A stretch of DNA of 64,000 bases from Bdellovibrionales bacterium (GCA_965203275.1 OZ241865.1:1472001-1536000), one strand, 5' to 3'; shown: positions 51,648 through 62,145, numbered from the stretch's first letter. The notes: generated from the sequence alone by a model not told the origin. Made by a program: numbers and translations.

Positions 51648-52583
51648 TTAGCGAGCCAAATGAACATTGCTTACAAAATTTAAATAAAACCTTTTTGCAT
51701 TGTCAGAAAACTGGTCTTCAGCAACAAAAAAATCACCTGTAGGGTTGCGTACAAGCCCTATAGGCAAAACCTTGCGAGAAACCCCTGGTCGAGAGCCTCT
51801 ATGATACACAAAATGAATTTGCCTTTGATCTAAAACAGCATTCATTAAAAGCTTCATTTCTGGTTTTGCTTGAATATGCTTGAGAGAAAAGTAATCCCAC
51901 ATTAAAGGCACATTCATATAATCATTTATGGCATCCATTGTCAGAGGATGTATCTTTTTGAAACATTCTAAGGCAACTAATAAACAAGCATGAGAATCAT
52001 TTAAAGATCTATGAGATGGTTGTTGTTTTTTTAATTTGAAATATTCAATGAGAGTTTGTAATTTGTGATTAGGAAATTCAGGGAAAAGACTGCGAGATAA
52101 AAGAGATGTACAAATCACTTTATTGGTAGGCAATTTGTGTTGGCATCGTTCTTCTAAGTCATAAGCTATAAAGCCCATGTCAAATGGAGCATGATGTGCA
52201 ATTAAAGTAGCATCTCCAATAAAATTTAAAAACTGTGGCAAAACCTCCTCAATGTAAGGCTGGCTATTTAGTTGAGTAGCAGAAATACGATGCACTTGAT
52301 AAGCCACAGGATGCATGGGACCTCTAGGACGCACCAACTGGGAAAACTCATCAATAACTTGGCCATCCTTCCATTTAACACCTGCAATCTCGCAGATTTC
52401 CCATTTCATGGGATAAGCACCAGTTGTCTCTGTGTCAAAAGCAACAAAAAAAGCTTCTTCTTTTGTATCTGAAGAAGGTTTTTCCTTTTGGTGCTTAAAT
52501 TCTTCTTGAGTCTCTTCTGTATTTCCCTTGATATTATTTGTCATTTTTGATATATTCCTTGTGATGATTTTCTGCAATGCCAT
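51648..52583 (-). CDS. DnaQ-like 3'-5' exonuclease with C-terminal WYL-like domain
   Basis: FDTETTG, AHHAPFD, HRSLND; FVY..R.V.P..R.F. Confidence 0.85.
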   Translation of the reverse strand: MALQKIITRNISKMTNNIKGNTEETQEEFKHQKEKPSSDTKEEAFFVAFDTETTGAYPMKWEICEIAGVKWKDGQVIDEFSQLVRPRGPMHPVAYQVHRISATQLNSQPYIEEVLPQFLNFIGDATLIAHHAPFDMGFIAYDLEERCQHKLPTNKVICTSLLSRSLFPEFPNHKLQTLIEYFKLKKQQPSHRSLNDSHACLLVALECFKKIHPLTMDAINDYMNVPLMWDYFSLKHIQAKPEMKLLMNAVLDQRQIHFVYHRGSRPGVSRKVLPIGLVRNPTGDFFVAEDQFSDNAKRFYLNFVSNVHLAR

Positions 52584-52623
52584 ATAAAAATATGTTAATC
52601 TTTAATAAGTAGGTGTTAAAAAT

Positions 52624-54390
52624 ATGAAAGCAAACTTTTTATCGTATATTTATTTTATTGTATCTTGGAATCTTATTTATTTTCTACTAATTCCTTTATC
52701 TTCTTATGCTAAATTGCCCACTCCTCACCCTCAACCTTTGTCTATCTCTCTCCAACAGATGGAAACCCCTATAAAAGTTCAAGAGAAAAATCAAATCAAA
52801 TTTCAGCTTAAGTTGATAGATGGCTACAGGGCTTATTTAGATAAATTTCAAATTAAGTCTAAAAATCCTAAAAATATTGAATATTCTTCTATTCAGGTAG
52901 AACCCACGATTGTTTTTTATGATAAATTTTTTGATAAAGAACAAGAAGGCCTTGTAGGACAAGGAGAGCTATCAGCTCAATTTCAAATCCCAGAAGGTGT
53001 GGATGTGCATCAGTTAGACGGATGGCTTGTTTATCAAGCTTGTACAGATGACTTTTGTCTCTTGCCTAAGGAGATTCCATTTTCTTTGCATGTGACTTCT
53101 AATTTTCACACGATACCTGGATTTCAAGAGGCCCTTAGTAGAGGTATTTTTTGGGCTTTTCTGCTTGTCTTTATGGCAGGTTTTTTGACAAGTTTAACGC
53201 CTTGTTTTTTCCCTATGATTCCCATTACACTTTCTGTTTTAGGGACTCAAGCCATTGGACAATCTCGGCTTAAAAGCTTTTTCTTAAGTCTGTGCTATGT
53301 GTTAGGAATGGGCATTACTTATGCCTTATTAGGTGTTATGGCAGCTACTACTGGCTCTCTTTTTGGTTCGTTGCTGGCTAATCCTTTGGTGATCATCACT
53401 ATTGCTATTGTGTTTGTTCTGATGGGATTGAGTATGTATGGTGTTTTTGAAGTGAAAACTCCTGATTGGATGCAGAAAAGATTTGGTCAAAGTGGTATTG
53501 GCAAAGGATTTAAAGGGGTTTTTATTGCAGGACTTATGTCAGGTGTGATTGCAAGTCCTTGTGTAGGGCCTGTGTTGATAGGATTGCTGACTTATGTGAG
53601 CCAAACTCAGGATATTGTGATGGGCTTTTTGCTTCTTTTAACTTTTGCTATGGGTTTAGGTGTTTTGTTTTTATTACTAGGTACATTTAGCCAACTGATC
53701 AACCAGCTTCCTAAATCAGGAGCATGGATGGAAAGTGTGAAATTTCTTTTTGGTACCACCATGATTGCTATGGCTTTTTATTATCTAAACTTTACCTTAG
53801 ATTGGCACTATTTAAAGATTTTATTGGGTTTAAGTTGTTTCTTTGTAGGATTACAATTGTATTGGAAGTTTAGAAAGGCTACTTCATCTTATGCTCTTTA
53901 TCAGTTCAGAAAGGTACTTTCTGGTACATGTTATTTGATGGGCATTTTGTTATTGTTGACTGCTTTTTTTGATTTAGATGCTTTATTAAAATCTCCATCA
54001 AGTGGCACTTTATCACAGGACAAAAATGATACAAAAATAATAACTCCCTGGCAAGATTTTTCCAATGAGTTATTTCAAAGCGGCCTTTCTGAAAATCGCC
54101 CTATGATTATAGACTTTACAGCACAGTGGTGTGGTGTATGTAAAGCTTTAGAAATGAATACTTTTTCCGATGTCACTGTGCAAGTCGAGTTAAAAAAGTT
54201 TTTACTTTTGCAGGTGGATGCTACAACAGAGACAAACGATGTTGCTCAGTGGACTTCTCAATTTAAGGTATTAGGACTGCCGACATTGCTGTTTTATGAT
54301 CAAGAGGGGATCCTCCAAGAAGACTTAACCTTAACTCACTTTGAAGATCCACAGCCTTTTCTACAAAGACTTAAAAAAGTTTTAAATTAA
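52624..54390 (+). CDS. dsbD: Thiol:disulfide interchange protein DsbD
   Basis: QACTDDFCL, TPCFFPMIP, SPCVGP, WCGVC. Confidence 0.92.
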   Translation: MKANFLSYIYFIVSWNLIYFLLIPLSSYAKLPTPHPQPLSISLQQMETPIKVQEKNQIKFQLKLIDGYRAYLDKFQIKSKNPKNIEYSSIQVEPTIVFYDKFFDKEQEGLVGQGELSAQFQIPEGVDVHQLDGWLVYQACTDDFCLLPKEIPFSLHVTSNFHTIPGFQEALSRGIFWAFLLVFMAGFLTSLTPCFFPMIPITLSVLGTQAIGQSRLKSFFLSLCYVLGMGITYALLGVMAATTGSLFGSLLANPLVIITIAIVFVLMGLSMYGVFEVKTPDWMQKRFGQSGIGKGFKGVFIAGLMSGVIASPCVGPVLIGLLTYVSQTQDIVMGFLLLLTFAMGLGVLFLLLGTFSQLINQLPKSGAWMESVKFLFGTTMIAMAFYYLNFTLDWHYLKILLGLSCFFVGLQLYWKFRKATSSYALYQFRKVLSGTCYLMGILLLLTAFFDLDALLKSPSSGTLSQDKNDTKIITPWQDFSNELFQSGLSENRPMIIDFTAQWCGVCKALEMNTFSDVTVQVELKKFLLLQVDATTETNDVAQWTSQFKVLGLPTLLFYDQEGILQEDLTLTHFEDPQPFLQRLKKVLN

Positions 54391-54437
54391 ATATGAGGTT
54401 TTAAAATTTAGTAGCTATTCAAAGGAGGGCATTTAAT

Positions 54438-55397
54438 ATGTATCTTATGCTTGAAAGTTTCAGAAACCTTAAAAAATATCATCACAAGATGCGTGTTATT
54501 TTTAAATATTATCTTAGTTTTATACTTATATGTTTATGTATGGGTGGTTGTACACAAAAAAGACCTCCCCTTGGTTCTGTTCAAAACCCTATTAAGTTTA
54601 TATTGCTTCCTTCGGCAGACTCTGCTCTCTTAGCTGACAAAGCTGTTTTTGTCAAACGTTACTTAGAAACACACACACCTTATAAATATAAATTTTCTGT
54701 ACCTACAAGTTATATTGCTGTGGTGGAATCCTTCGGCACAAAAAGAGCCGATATAGCTTCTATTAATACTATGGGATACATCATGGCTCATGATCGCTAT
54801 AAAACAGAAGCTCGCCTTATTATAGAAAGACATGGTATGGAAACTTATCAATCTCAAATTATTGCTAAAGCTCATGGGCCTATCAAATCGCTCAAAGACA
54901 TCAACAACAAGCGATTTGCATACGTAGACCCTATGTCTACATCAGGTTATTTAATGCCAGCTAAGTTATTTTCTGATCTAAAAGTTAAACCCAAAGAAAC
55001 CATTTTTGCTCAAAAACATGACAATGTGGTCACAATGATCTACCAAGATCAAGTAGATGCAGGTGCTACGTGGTATTCCCCGCCTCATAAGGGTCAAATA
55101 CGTGATGCTCGCCGGCTTGTCCAAACTCAATACAAAGATATAGAAAGCAAAATCAAAATTGTACATCTTACTGAACATCTTCCTAATGATCCTATTGTTT
55201 TTCGTGCGGACCTACCATCATCTATCAAAGAGGCGACAATCAATAGCTTGCTTGCTTATATTGCTACAACAGAAGGCCAACAAATTTTTGATGATTTGTT
55301 AGGGGCAACAGGATTGATCAAATGCTCTGATAGTCGATATGATGGTGTCAGAGAGATGCTTAAAACACTTAAAAAATCAGTCAGAGATTTGCTTTAA
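54438..55397 (+). CDS. phnD: Phosphate/phosphite/phosphonate ABC substrate-binding protein
   Basis: YVDPMSTSGYLMP, HDNV, PND; true start may lie downstream. Confidence 0.85.
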   Translation: MYLMLESFRNLKKYHHKMRVIFKYYLSFILICLCMGGCTQKRPPLGSVQNPIKFILLPSADSALLADKAVFVKRYLETHTPYKYKFSVPTSYIAVVESFGTKRADIASINTMGYIMAHDRYKTEARLIIERHGMETYQSQIIAKAHGPIKSLKDINNKRFAYVDPMSTSGYLMPAKLFSDLKVKPKETIFAQKHDNVVTMIYQDQVDAGATWYSPPHKGQIRDARRLVQTQYKDIESKIKIVHLTEHLPNDPIVFRADLPSSIKEATINSLLAYIATTEGQQIFDDLLGATGLIKCSDSRYDGVREMLKTLKKSVRDLL

Positions 55398-56150
55398 ATG
55401 GCTATCCTCTCTATAAAAAACCTTAATAAAATTTACCTAAGTAGCAACATACATGCACTGAAAGATGTTTCTTTTGATGTACAGCCAGGTGAGTTTTTAG
55501 CTGTGATTGGCTTAAGTGGTTCTGGCAAAACAACTCTTTTAAAATGCATCAATCATTTGCAGGAACCAACAGATGGGCAGATGATATTTCAAGGACAAGA
55601 CACAACACACTTAAACAACCGATTAAAAAGATTGCTACGTCAAAAAGTTGCTATGATTTTCCAGCAGTTTCACTTAATTGATCGCTATACAGTGATCAAT
55701 AATGTGATGATGGGTTGCTTATCTTATACAGGAAGTGTGCAAAGCATTTTAGGGTTGTTTCAAAATAAAGAAAAGGCATTAGAGCATTTGCGTTTTGTAG
55801 GCATTGCTGACAGAGCTTATGAAAAGGTCCAACAGTTATCAGGGGGACAAAAGCAACGTGTAGCTATTGCCAGAGCCTTAATGCAAAATCCTCAGATGTT
55901 ATTAGCTGATGAACCTGTCTCTCACCTTGACCCTGCTACAAGCCACACTGTGATGGACTACCTAGAGAAAATCAATCAAAAAATGGGCATCACTATTATT
56001 TGTAATTTGCATTTTTTAGAGTTGGTCCAGCATTATGCGACACGCGTTATTGCCCTTGCAGAAGGTCGGCTTGTTTATGATGGGGATCCACAGCATATTG
56101 ATTCGATTTGTTTAAAGAAAATCTACGGAGAACATTCGTTTTTGAGTTAA
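55398..56150 (+). CDS. phnC: Phosphonate ABC ATPase
   Basis: GLSGSGKT, LSGGQKQRVAIARAL, LADEP. Confidence 0.88.
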   Translation: MAILSIKNLNKIYLSSNIHALKDVSFDVQPGEFLAVIGLSGSGKTTLLKCINHLQEPTDGQMIFQGQDTTHLNNRLKRLLRQKVAMIFQQFHLIDRYTVINNVMMGCLSYTGSVQSILGLFQNKEKALEHLRFVGIADRAYEKVQQLSGGQKQRVAIARALMQNPQMLLADEPVSHLDPATSHTVMDYLEKINQKMGITIICNLHFLELVQHYATRVIALAEGRLVYDGDPQHIDSICLKKIYGEHSFLS

Positions 56151-56266
56151 AATAAGTCTGATTGATTCTTTGATGTTTTGATTGATTCTTTCACATGAAA
56201 TCAGTGGTCTTGAAAAATGGTTTTGAATTGGTTAGGCAGTTCATCAATAAACAGCAAGATAGAAAA

Positions 56267-56298
56267 AAGAAAGGTGGATGATCATTATCCACCTTTTT
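56267..56298. terminator. Bidirectional terminator-like hairpin
   Basis: AAAGGTGGAT..ATCCACCTTTT between convergent genes. Confidence 0.65.
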
Positions 56299-56331
56299 AT
56301 TCTATTTGAATTAGCTACTTCATATTCAAGA

Positions 56332-56592
56332 TTAGTTGTTTTCTTGAATTATGTATTCAGCATCTTCACTGCTGTCAATCTCAAATGTGACAAAGCTACC
56401 ATCTTGAGAGACAAAGTTAAGTCCTGAAAAAGCGTTCGCTACACACACATTTTTGTCGTTTTTGGTCCCTGCTTCACCATCAGGAGTAGTGCATGCCTCA
56501 CCCTTTTTACCACAACCTACAATGGCCAAGGATGCAACAAAAAGCAAAGTAGCCAGTGAGATACTTATTGATTTTAAATTTATAAATTTCAT
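56332..56592 (-). CDS. Small lipoprotein
   Basis: GGAGGAG RBS; MKF..LAIVGC lipobox. Confidence 0.7.
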   Translation of the reverse strand: MKFINLKSISISLATLLFVASLAIVGCGKKGEACTTPDGEAGTKNDKNVCVANAFSGLNFVSQDGSFVTFEIDSSEDAEYIIQENN

Positions 56593-56843
56593 AACTCCTC
56601 CGTTTTTATTAAATTTATTAAAGTCCATTTTATTGAATTTATTGAAAACTAAAAGTAAATATTATAATAAATACTTAAAACTAAGACTGACACAATCAAA
56701 CTATGCCTGTCTATAAAAAATATTACTTCACTAGACATAAGGCTACACACGTTTAAATAGAAAATCAAGCCTGCCAAACATTTTAACGGACTGCGTTATC
56801 AACAGTATTTTACTAATAGCTTTTTATTTAAACGTTAGGTTAG

Positions 56844-57794
56844 TTAGTTTTTAAAAGATGTGGGCAAGGATTGACGTAGCTTTTCGATCAAGTGACTTTC
56901 TATTTGCCGTACGCGTTCTCTTGTAATGCCATAAAAATCTCCAACCTCTTTTAAAGTCAAAGACTGATCTGCTAATAAGCGTTTGTTTAAAATATAAAGT
57001 TCTTTTTCGTTTAAAGAAGGTTTGATTTTATCAATGTGGTTTTTTAATAGAGCAAGTTGCTCTTTCAAGGCAAGGATTTCATCTATAGAGCTAGCTTGAT
57101 CTTCTCCTGCTTGCCTGTCTATAAGATGTCCTTGTTGGTTTTTGCTAGGGGCATCTAAGTAGATAGGTTGAGAAGCCATCCTGACCTTCATGGTTTCTAC
57201 TTCTTTTTCTGGCACGTCTAACCTTTGGCTTAGTAGCCGATTGGTAGGTTCAAAACCTTTGGATTCTAGTTGATTGATCTCATTTTGAAGATTGTAAAAA
57301 AGCTTTCTTTGAGAGTGTGTCGTAGCTATTTTAACTTGAGAATAATTTTTAAGTAAATATTCCTTAATGTAACCTTTAATCCACCATACAGCATAACTTG
57401 TCAATCGCACCCCTTTATAAGGATTATATTCACGCACAGCGTGCATTAAGCCAATGTTTCCTTCTTGAATGACATCAATCAACTTAGCTCCAAATTTAAA
57501 ATATTCCATAGCAATTTTAATGACAAAACGCAGATTAGCTTTTACAAGCTGGCTTGCAGCTTCTGCGTCTCTTTCTTCAAAATATTTAATGGCTAGACGT
57601 TTTTCTTCCTCTGGACTTAATAATGGATATTTTCTGACTTCTATAAGATAAGTTCTTAAAAGGTCTTTGTGGGCAGGAGGGAGCTTTTGATGAGGTAAAT
57701 AAATTTCGGAAGACAGATCCCGTTTAGGTTTTGCCTGAGTCTTTTGATCAGTTAAATGAGCGGTTTGAGAAGAGGGCTTGTTTGATTTTTTCAC
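56844..57794 (-). CDS. RpoH/sigma32-like sigma factor
   Basis: LVKANLRFV, IQEGNIGLM, SYAVWWI, QRKLFYNL RpoH box, TRERVRQIE. Confidence 0.9.
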   Translation of the reverse strand: MKKSNKPSSQTAHLTDQKTQAKPKRDLSSEIYLPHQKLPPAHKDLLRTYLIEVRKYPLLSPEEEKRLAIKYFEERDAEAASQLVKANLRFVIKIAMEYFKFGAKLIDVIQEGNIGLMHAVREYNPYKGVRLTSYAVWWIKGYIKEYLLKNYSQVKIATTHSQRKLFYNLQNEINQLESKGFEPTNRLLSQRLDVPEKEVETMKVRMASQPIYLDAPSKNQQGHLIDRQAGEDQASSIDEILALKEQLALLKNHIDKIKPSLNEKELYILNKRLLADQSLTLKEVGDFYGITRERVRQIESHLIEKLRQSLPTSFKN

Positions 57795-57798
57795 TTTA

Positions 57799-58131
57799 TT
57801 ATTTATTGTTTAATTCAAAGGCCTGGTTTAGCTTTTTCTCTAAAGTAGATTGTATCATCTTTTTAAATGGATATAACATCAAAGGCAGATCTAAAATAAT
57901 ACAGACATTGCTTTCTTTGTGGTTGCTTTGAGAGGGAGTGACAGAAAAAGACACATTGAGGTGTTTGCTTTTAATATTGATAGTGTCTTTAAGCACTTCA
58001 CATTGATAATTCGAATCCCATTTTTTCATTTCTTTTGAAACTTCAGGGTCATTGACCATCACATATTTTAGTTTTTCAAAAGCTACTTTGGAATCTACAG
58101 GCAATGTGCGATTAATTTGTACTTTCGACAT
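57799..58131 (-). CDS. Putative polyhydroxyalkanoic-acid-system family protein
   Basis: Size and LDLPLMLYPFK..I...L pattern; RBS AAGGAG. Confidence 0.5.
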   Translation of the reverse strand: MSKVQINRTLPVDSKVAFEKLKYVMVNDPEVSKEMKKWDSNYQCEVLKDTINIKSKHLNVSFSVTPSQSNHKESNVCIILDLPLMLYPFKKMIQSTLEKKLNQAFELNNK

Positions 58132-58220
58132 ATTAACTCCTTGTTAGGTAAATATTTTGTGTTAATGAGCCAACCATTTTTAGTGAAACAAATTGTGGAT
58201 TGTTCAACAAATAATAATGT

Positions 58221-58412
58221 TTAGCTTAGATTGTTCAGTTTTTTCTGTATTTCTCGTATTCTGTTCTCTGTGGACTCTGTGATTTTTGCAATGATCGAAA
58301 TATCCATGTTATTTTTAAGCATTTTTAAGATGACACTTTGTTCTCCTTCCTGTCGCCCTTTTTGCAATCCTTCCTGTAATAATCTTTCTCTTGTGATCTG
58401 TAATGGTGGCAT
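58221..58412 (-). CDS. Stand-alone RpnS-like module with divergent C-terminus (63 aa)
   Basis: GGAGG-8nt-ATG MPPLQITRERLLQEG; tail differs from the full gene. Confidence 0.6.
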   Translation of the reverse strand: MPPLQITRERLLQEGLQKGRQEGEQSVILKMLKNNMDISIIAKITESTENRIREIQKKLNNLS

Positions 58413-58489
58413 GATTCTTTCCTCCTTTGATATATGTTTTTCTTCTATTTTTCGCAATACTTTCCATGTAAAACTAGGATCATAAATCC

Positions 58490-58735
58490 TGTCTGTTTCA
58501 CTCAAAGTGAACTGGCCTCTGGCCACTTTTGGACAATGACCGCAAAGGCTTTCGCCTTTGACAAAATGGTCATTGTCTCAAAAGCCTGTTCACTTTGAGT
58601 AGGGAGGATCTCTTCGTTTCTTAACACCATGTTAAGGAAAACATCCTTCTAATCGTTAGCCCGACGGCGGTAGCCGTCGGGCTAACTGCCAGAAAACATG
58701 CCAGAGGCATGATGCATTTTGAGTGCAATGTTAAG
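58490..58735 (-). repeat. Palindromic element; near-identical copy at 59070-59315, related copy at 60405-60560
   Basis: Part of a 580-bp tandem unit. Confidence 0.9.
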
Positions 58736-58755
58736 AAAGGGGTTAAATATAAAGC

Positions 58756-58992
58756 TTATAATCTTTGAAGGTTTAGTATTTCTTGTTTAGAAAGCCCTGT
58801 AGCTTTGCAAATAGTTTGGATATCTATATTAGCTTTTAAAAGCTTAGACAGAATCTCCCTCCGCCCTTCTTGCAAGCCCTCCTGTCGCCCTTCCTGTCGC
58901 CCTTCCTGTCGCCCTTCCTGTCGCCCTTTTTGCAACCCTTTTTGTAGTCCTTCTTGTAATAATCTTTCTCTTGTGATCTGTAGTGGTGGCAT
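58756..58992 (-). CDS. Stand-alone RpnS-like module matching the full gene's C-terminus plus one extra GRQE repeat (78 aa)
   Basis: Duplicate of 59336-59560. Confidence 0.6.
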   Translation of the reverse strand: MPPLQITRERLLQEGLQKGLQKGRQEGRQEGRQEGRQEGLQEGRREILSKLLKANIDIQTICKATGLSKQEILNLQRL

Positions 58993-59335
58993 GGTTCTTT
59001 CCTCCTTTGATATATGTTTTTCTTCTATTTTTCGCAATACTTTCCATGTAAAACTAGGATCATAAATCCTGTCTGTTTCACTCAAAGTGAACTGGCCTCT
59101 GGCCACTTTTGGACAATGACCGCAAAGGCTTTCGCCTTTGACAAAATGGTCATTGTCTCAAAAGCCTGTTCACTTTGAGTAGGGAGGATATCTTCGTTTC
59201 TTAACACCATGTTAAGGAAAACATCCTTCTAATCGTTAGCCCGACGGCGGTAGCCGTCGGGCTAACTGCCAGAAAACATGCCAGAGGCATGATGCATTTT
59301 GAGTGCAATGTTAAGAAAGGGGTTAAATATAAAGC

Positions 59336-60361
59336 TTATAATCTTTGAAGGTTTAGTATTTCTTGTTTAGAAAGCCCTGTAGCTTTGCAAATAGTTTGGA
59401 TATCTATATTAGCTTTTAAAAGCTTAGACAGAATCTCCCTCCGCCCTTCTTGCAAGCCCTCCTGTCGCCCTTCCTGTCGCCCTTCCTGTCGCCCTTTTTG
59501 CAACCCTTTTTGTAGTCCTTCTTGTAATAATCTTTCTCTTGTGATCTGTAGTGGTGGCATGGTTCTTTCCTCCTTTGATATATGTTTTTCTTCTATTTTT
59601 CGCAATACTTTCCATGTAAAACTAGGATCATAAATCCTAATAAAATCGACTGCTCTATCAACTAAAAATAACCTATCTTTTTCACTCTTTGCCTCATTAG
59701 ACAGCTTAAATAATTCCCCAACTACTTCCTCGTTTAAATTCCATACATTCTTTAGTATAAACAATATCATACTGGAAATCAAGTTTTTAGATTTTAATGT
59801 CTCTATACCTAAATCATATAGATTGAGCAAGCGATATTTGTAATTGAGAATATTCTCTTTAAAAGCTGCTTGCACCTTTGATGATGGAAAATTCAAATAT
59901 CCATGGAAACTCAACGGCATCTTCCAAGGCTCCTTACCAGAATAAACCAATACAGGAATTACCAAAGAAGGCACTTTATTTTTACCCTGTTGATCTTTAC
60001 TGTCCTTCTCATAAATATTAGCTTGGTAATTGAGCATCTGGATAAAAACACTAGGGTCGTTATAAGACTTATGCTCAAAAAGAAAAATAATCTCAACCAT
60101 CTGCCCTGTTTTCAGTTTAACAGAAAAAATCACATCAGCCCGACGCTCTCTAAAAGCCTTATCTATAAAAACAGTCACTCTAGATTGCAAAGTACTCCAA
60201 TCAAAAAGTTCAAATTCCTCTGAAGTTAAAACCAAACGGAATAAATCTAAAATATATTGTTCCTTGCTGTAAACTTCATAAAATAAATGGTCAAATAAAT
60301 GTAAGACATCACGCTTAAAACCTTTTTTGTTCTTTTTACGATGTTTGAATTTTTTAGACAT
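59336..60361 (-). CDS. Rpn family recombination-promoting nuclease/putative transposase (PD-(D/E)XK)
   Basis: RRADVIFSV..FLFEHKS..QMLNY..IPVLVYSG..W; EGRQ repeats; internal SD+ATG at 59560. Confidence 0.9.
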   Translation of the reverse strand: MSKKFKHRKKNKKGFKRDVLHLFDHLFYEVYSKEQYILDLFRLVLTSEEFELFDWSTLQSRVTVFIDKAFRERRADVIFSVKLKTGQMVEIIFLFEHKSYNDPSVFIQMLNYQANIYEKDSKDQQGKNKVPSLVIPVLVYSGKEPWKMPLSFHGYLNFPSSKVQAAFKENILNYKYRLLNLYDLGIETLKSKNLISSMILFILKNVWNLNEEVVGELFKLSNEAKSEKDRLFLVDRAVDFIRIYDPSFTWKVLRKIEEKHISKEERTMPPLQITRERLLQEGLQKGLQKGRQEGRQEGRQEGLQEGRREILSKLLKANIDIQTICKATGLSKQEILNLQRL

Positions 60362-60643
60362 AATCACTCCTTATGTGTTTTTGTTTCATTAAAAATAGTC
60401 TAGCCTCTGTTTCACTCAAAGTAAACTGACCTCTGGTCACTTTTGGACAATGACCGCAAAGGCTTTCGCCTTTGACAAAATGGTCATTGTCTCAAAAGCC
60501 TGTTCACTTTGAGTAGGGAGGATATCTTCGTTTCTTAACACAATGTTAAGGAAAAAGTTCGTTTTTTGTTTTTCATATCGGGGAAATATGACCTTTCATA
60601 AAGATGAGAATTGGCAACTTCTCTAAGAAATTAGGAAAATAGC

Positions 60644-60805
60644 CCTGATTTTGATAGCCTGCAAAAATAAAGTTGTGAGATTTCAGTAGGTTATAAGCTT
60701 TATAAGATTTTGTGCCACTACAATATAAGCTTTTTAACCTAAAAAATGATTAATTTATTTATCTAACCCCTCTATATTTATTTAGGCTTTTTATATTTTA
60801 CATTA
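60644..60805. mobile_element. IS1634-like end sequence, related to 872-947 and 61977-62145
   Basis: CCTGATTTTGA..AAAAATAAAGTT..TCAGTAGGTTA..GATTTTGTGCCACTA. Confidence 0.6.
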
Positions 60806-61128
60806 TTTTTCTTTCACCATCATTTACAAATCAAATGTCTAAACTTAGGAGGATTTGGTTTGTTAGCAGATACAGAAGACATGAAGTCTAAGTGACAAAT
60901 TGCGGACACTTTAAAGTCATAATGACAAAAATTGTCGGTATTTTTCTTCAAACCATAGATAAAAGCTCTTTTAATCAAGGCCTTTATCTTGCATATACTT
61001 CTATCTTTTGTAAGAGAAAACTTACTTTGATGATTCGGTAAATTTTTGAAAATTAAAGAAATGCCTTGACTTTATAGGATTTTTGCTTTATCCTTGTTAA
61101 AGGTATTTAAAGAAAGGAGATTTTTATT

Positions 61129-61731
61129 GTGAAAAATTTTATTATTATATCTATTTTTTTGATGACTCTTTTGATAACACAGGTTGGCTGTCAAAACTCT
61201 CAAAATCTTTTCAAAGAGGAGCAGGATTCTAAAGTTTATGACAGTAGCTTAAATGGAATGGCTACAAGCTTTTCATGGAATCAACAAGATGTTGTAGAAA
61301 CGTGGGATTGTCAAAGGGAAGATAACAGTGATCAGGTGATCCATTTGTGTGATATTATTAATAAAGGGTTATTAGATAAGGTTCATTTAGCAGGGTATAT
61401 TATAGAAGATTTGAAGGTTGAAAGTGAAACGCAGACTCAGCCTTTTACAAATCAAGACCCTTCTGTTTTAGAAAAGTATACTATTCAATATGTGTTAAAT
61501 CCATCAGATCCATCAGATCCACCAGAGGGGTTTGATGAAAAAAAAGCAGGTATCTGTTTATGGTTATCAAAATATACCTTGTTAGGCCACTTAGATTCAA
61601 TGACAGAATATGAAATTGACAAATGCACTCATCCAGAGATTCTTGTAGAAGATATCAGGGGAATATTATTTAGAAGTTGGTTTGGCAGAAATAAAGTTGT
61701 CTTTGCTGGTGGAACAAGAACTTTCAATTAA
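61129..61731 (+). CDS. Hypothetical lipoprotein
   Basis: RBS AAGGAG; QVGC lipobox-like; upstream TTGACT..TATCCT. Confidence 0.7.
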   Translation: MKNFIIISIFLMTLLITQVGCQNSQNLFKEEQDSKVYDSSLNGMATSFSWNQQDVVETWDCQREDNSDQVIHLCDIINKGLLDKVHLAGYIIEDLKVESETQTQPFTNQDPSVLEKYTIQYVLNPSDPSDPPEGFDEKKAGICLWLSKYTLLGHLDSMTEYEIDKCTHPEILVEDIRGILFRSWFGRNKVVFAGGTRTFN

Positions 61732-61747
61732 AGGAAGCCATGCTCAA

Positions 61748-61976
61748 TCAAAAGAAGTTTTTGTTGACAGCGACGCTTGAGATCAGTCCAAGAATTAACA
61801 TAGTGAGTAAAAGGTTAGACCCTCCATAAGAGAATAATGGTAAAGGGATTCCCACGATAGGCAACAGTCCTGTCACCATGCCAACATTGACAAAAATATG
61901 CCAAAAGAGAATAGCTACCCCTCCAATAGCCAATAAAACCCCTGCTTTATCAGAAGCCCCTGACGCAATATTTACC
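61748..61976 (-). pseudogene. rodA: 3' fragment of a SEDS protein (RodA-like)
   Basis: HIFVNVGMVTGLLPIVGIPLPLFSYGGS; frame is cut at the IS-like end at 61977. Confidence 0.8.
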
Positions 61977-62145
61977 CCTGAGTTTGATGTCCCGCAAAAA
62001 TAAAGTTATGAGATTTCAGTAGGTTATAAGCGTAATAAGATTTTGTGCCACTAGGATGTGAGTTTTTTTAACCTAAAAAATGCTTTATTTATCGGAAACT
62101 TCATCTTTTCCTCTTATTTTCAGACTTTTTATATTTTTATCATTG
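61977..62145. mobile_element. IS1634-like end sequence
   Basis: CCTGAGTTTGA..TCAGTAGGTTA..GATTTTGTGCCACTA. Confidence 0.65.

Noticed and set aside
58413..58526. N-terminal extension MARGQFTLSETD on the Rpn fragments
   Set aside because: It derives from the repeat element; the SD-preceded ATG is the better start
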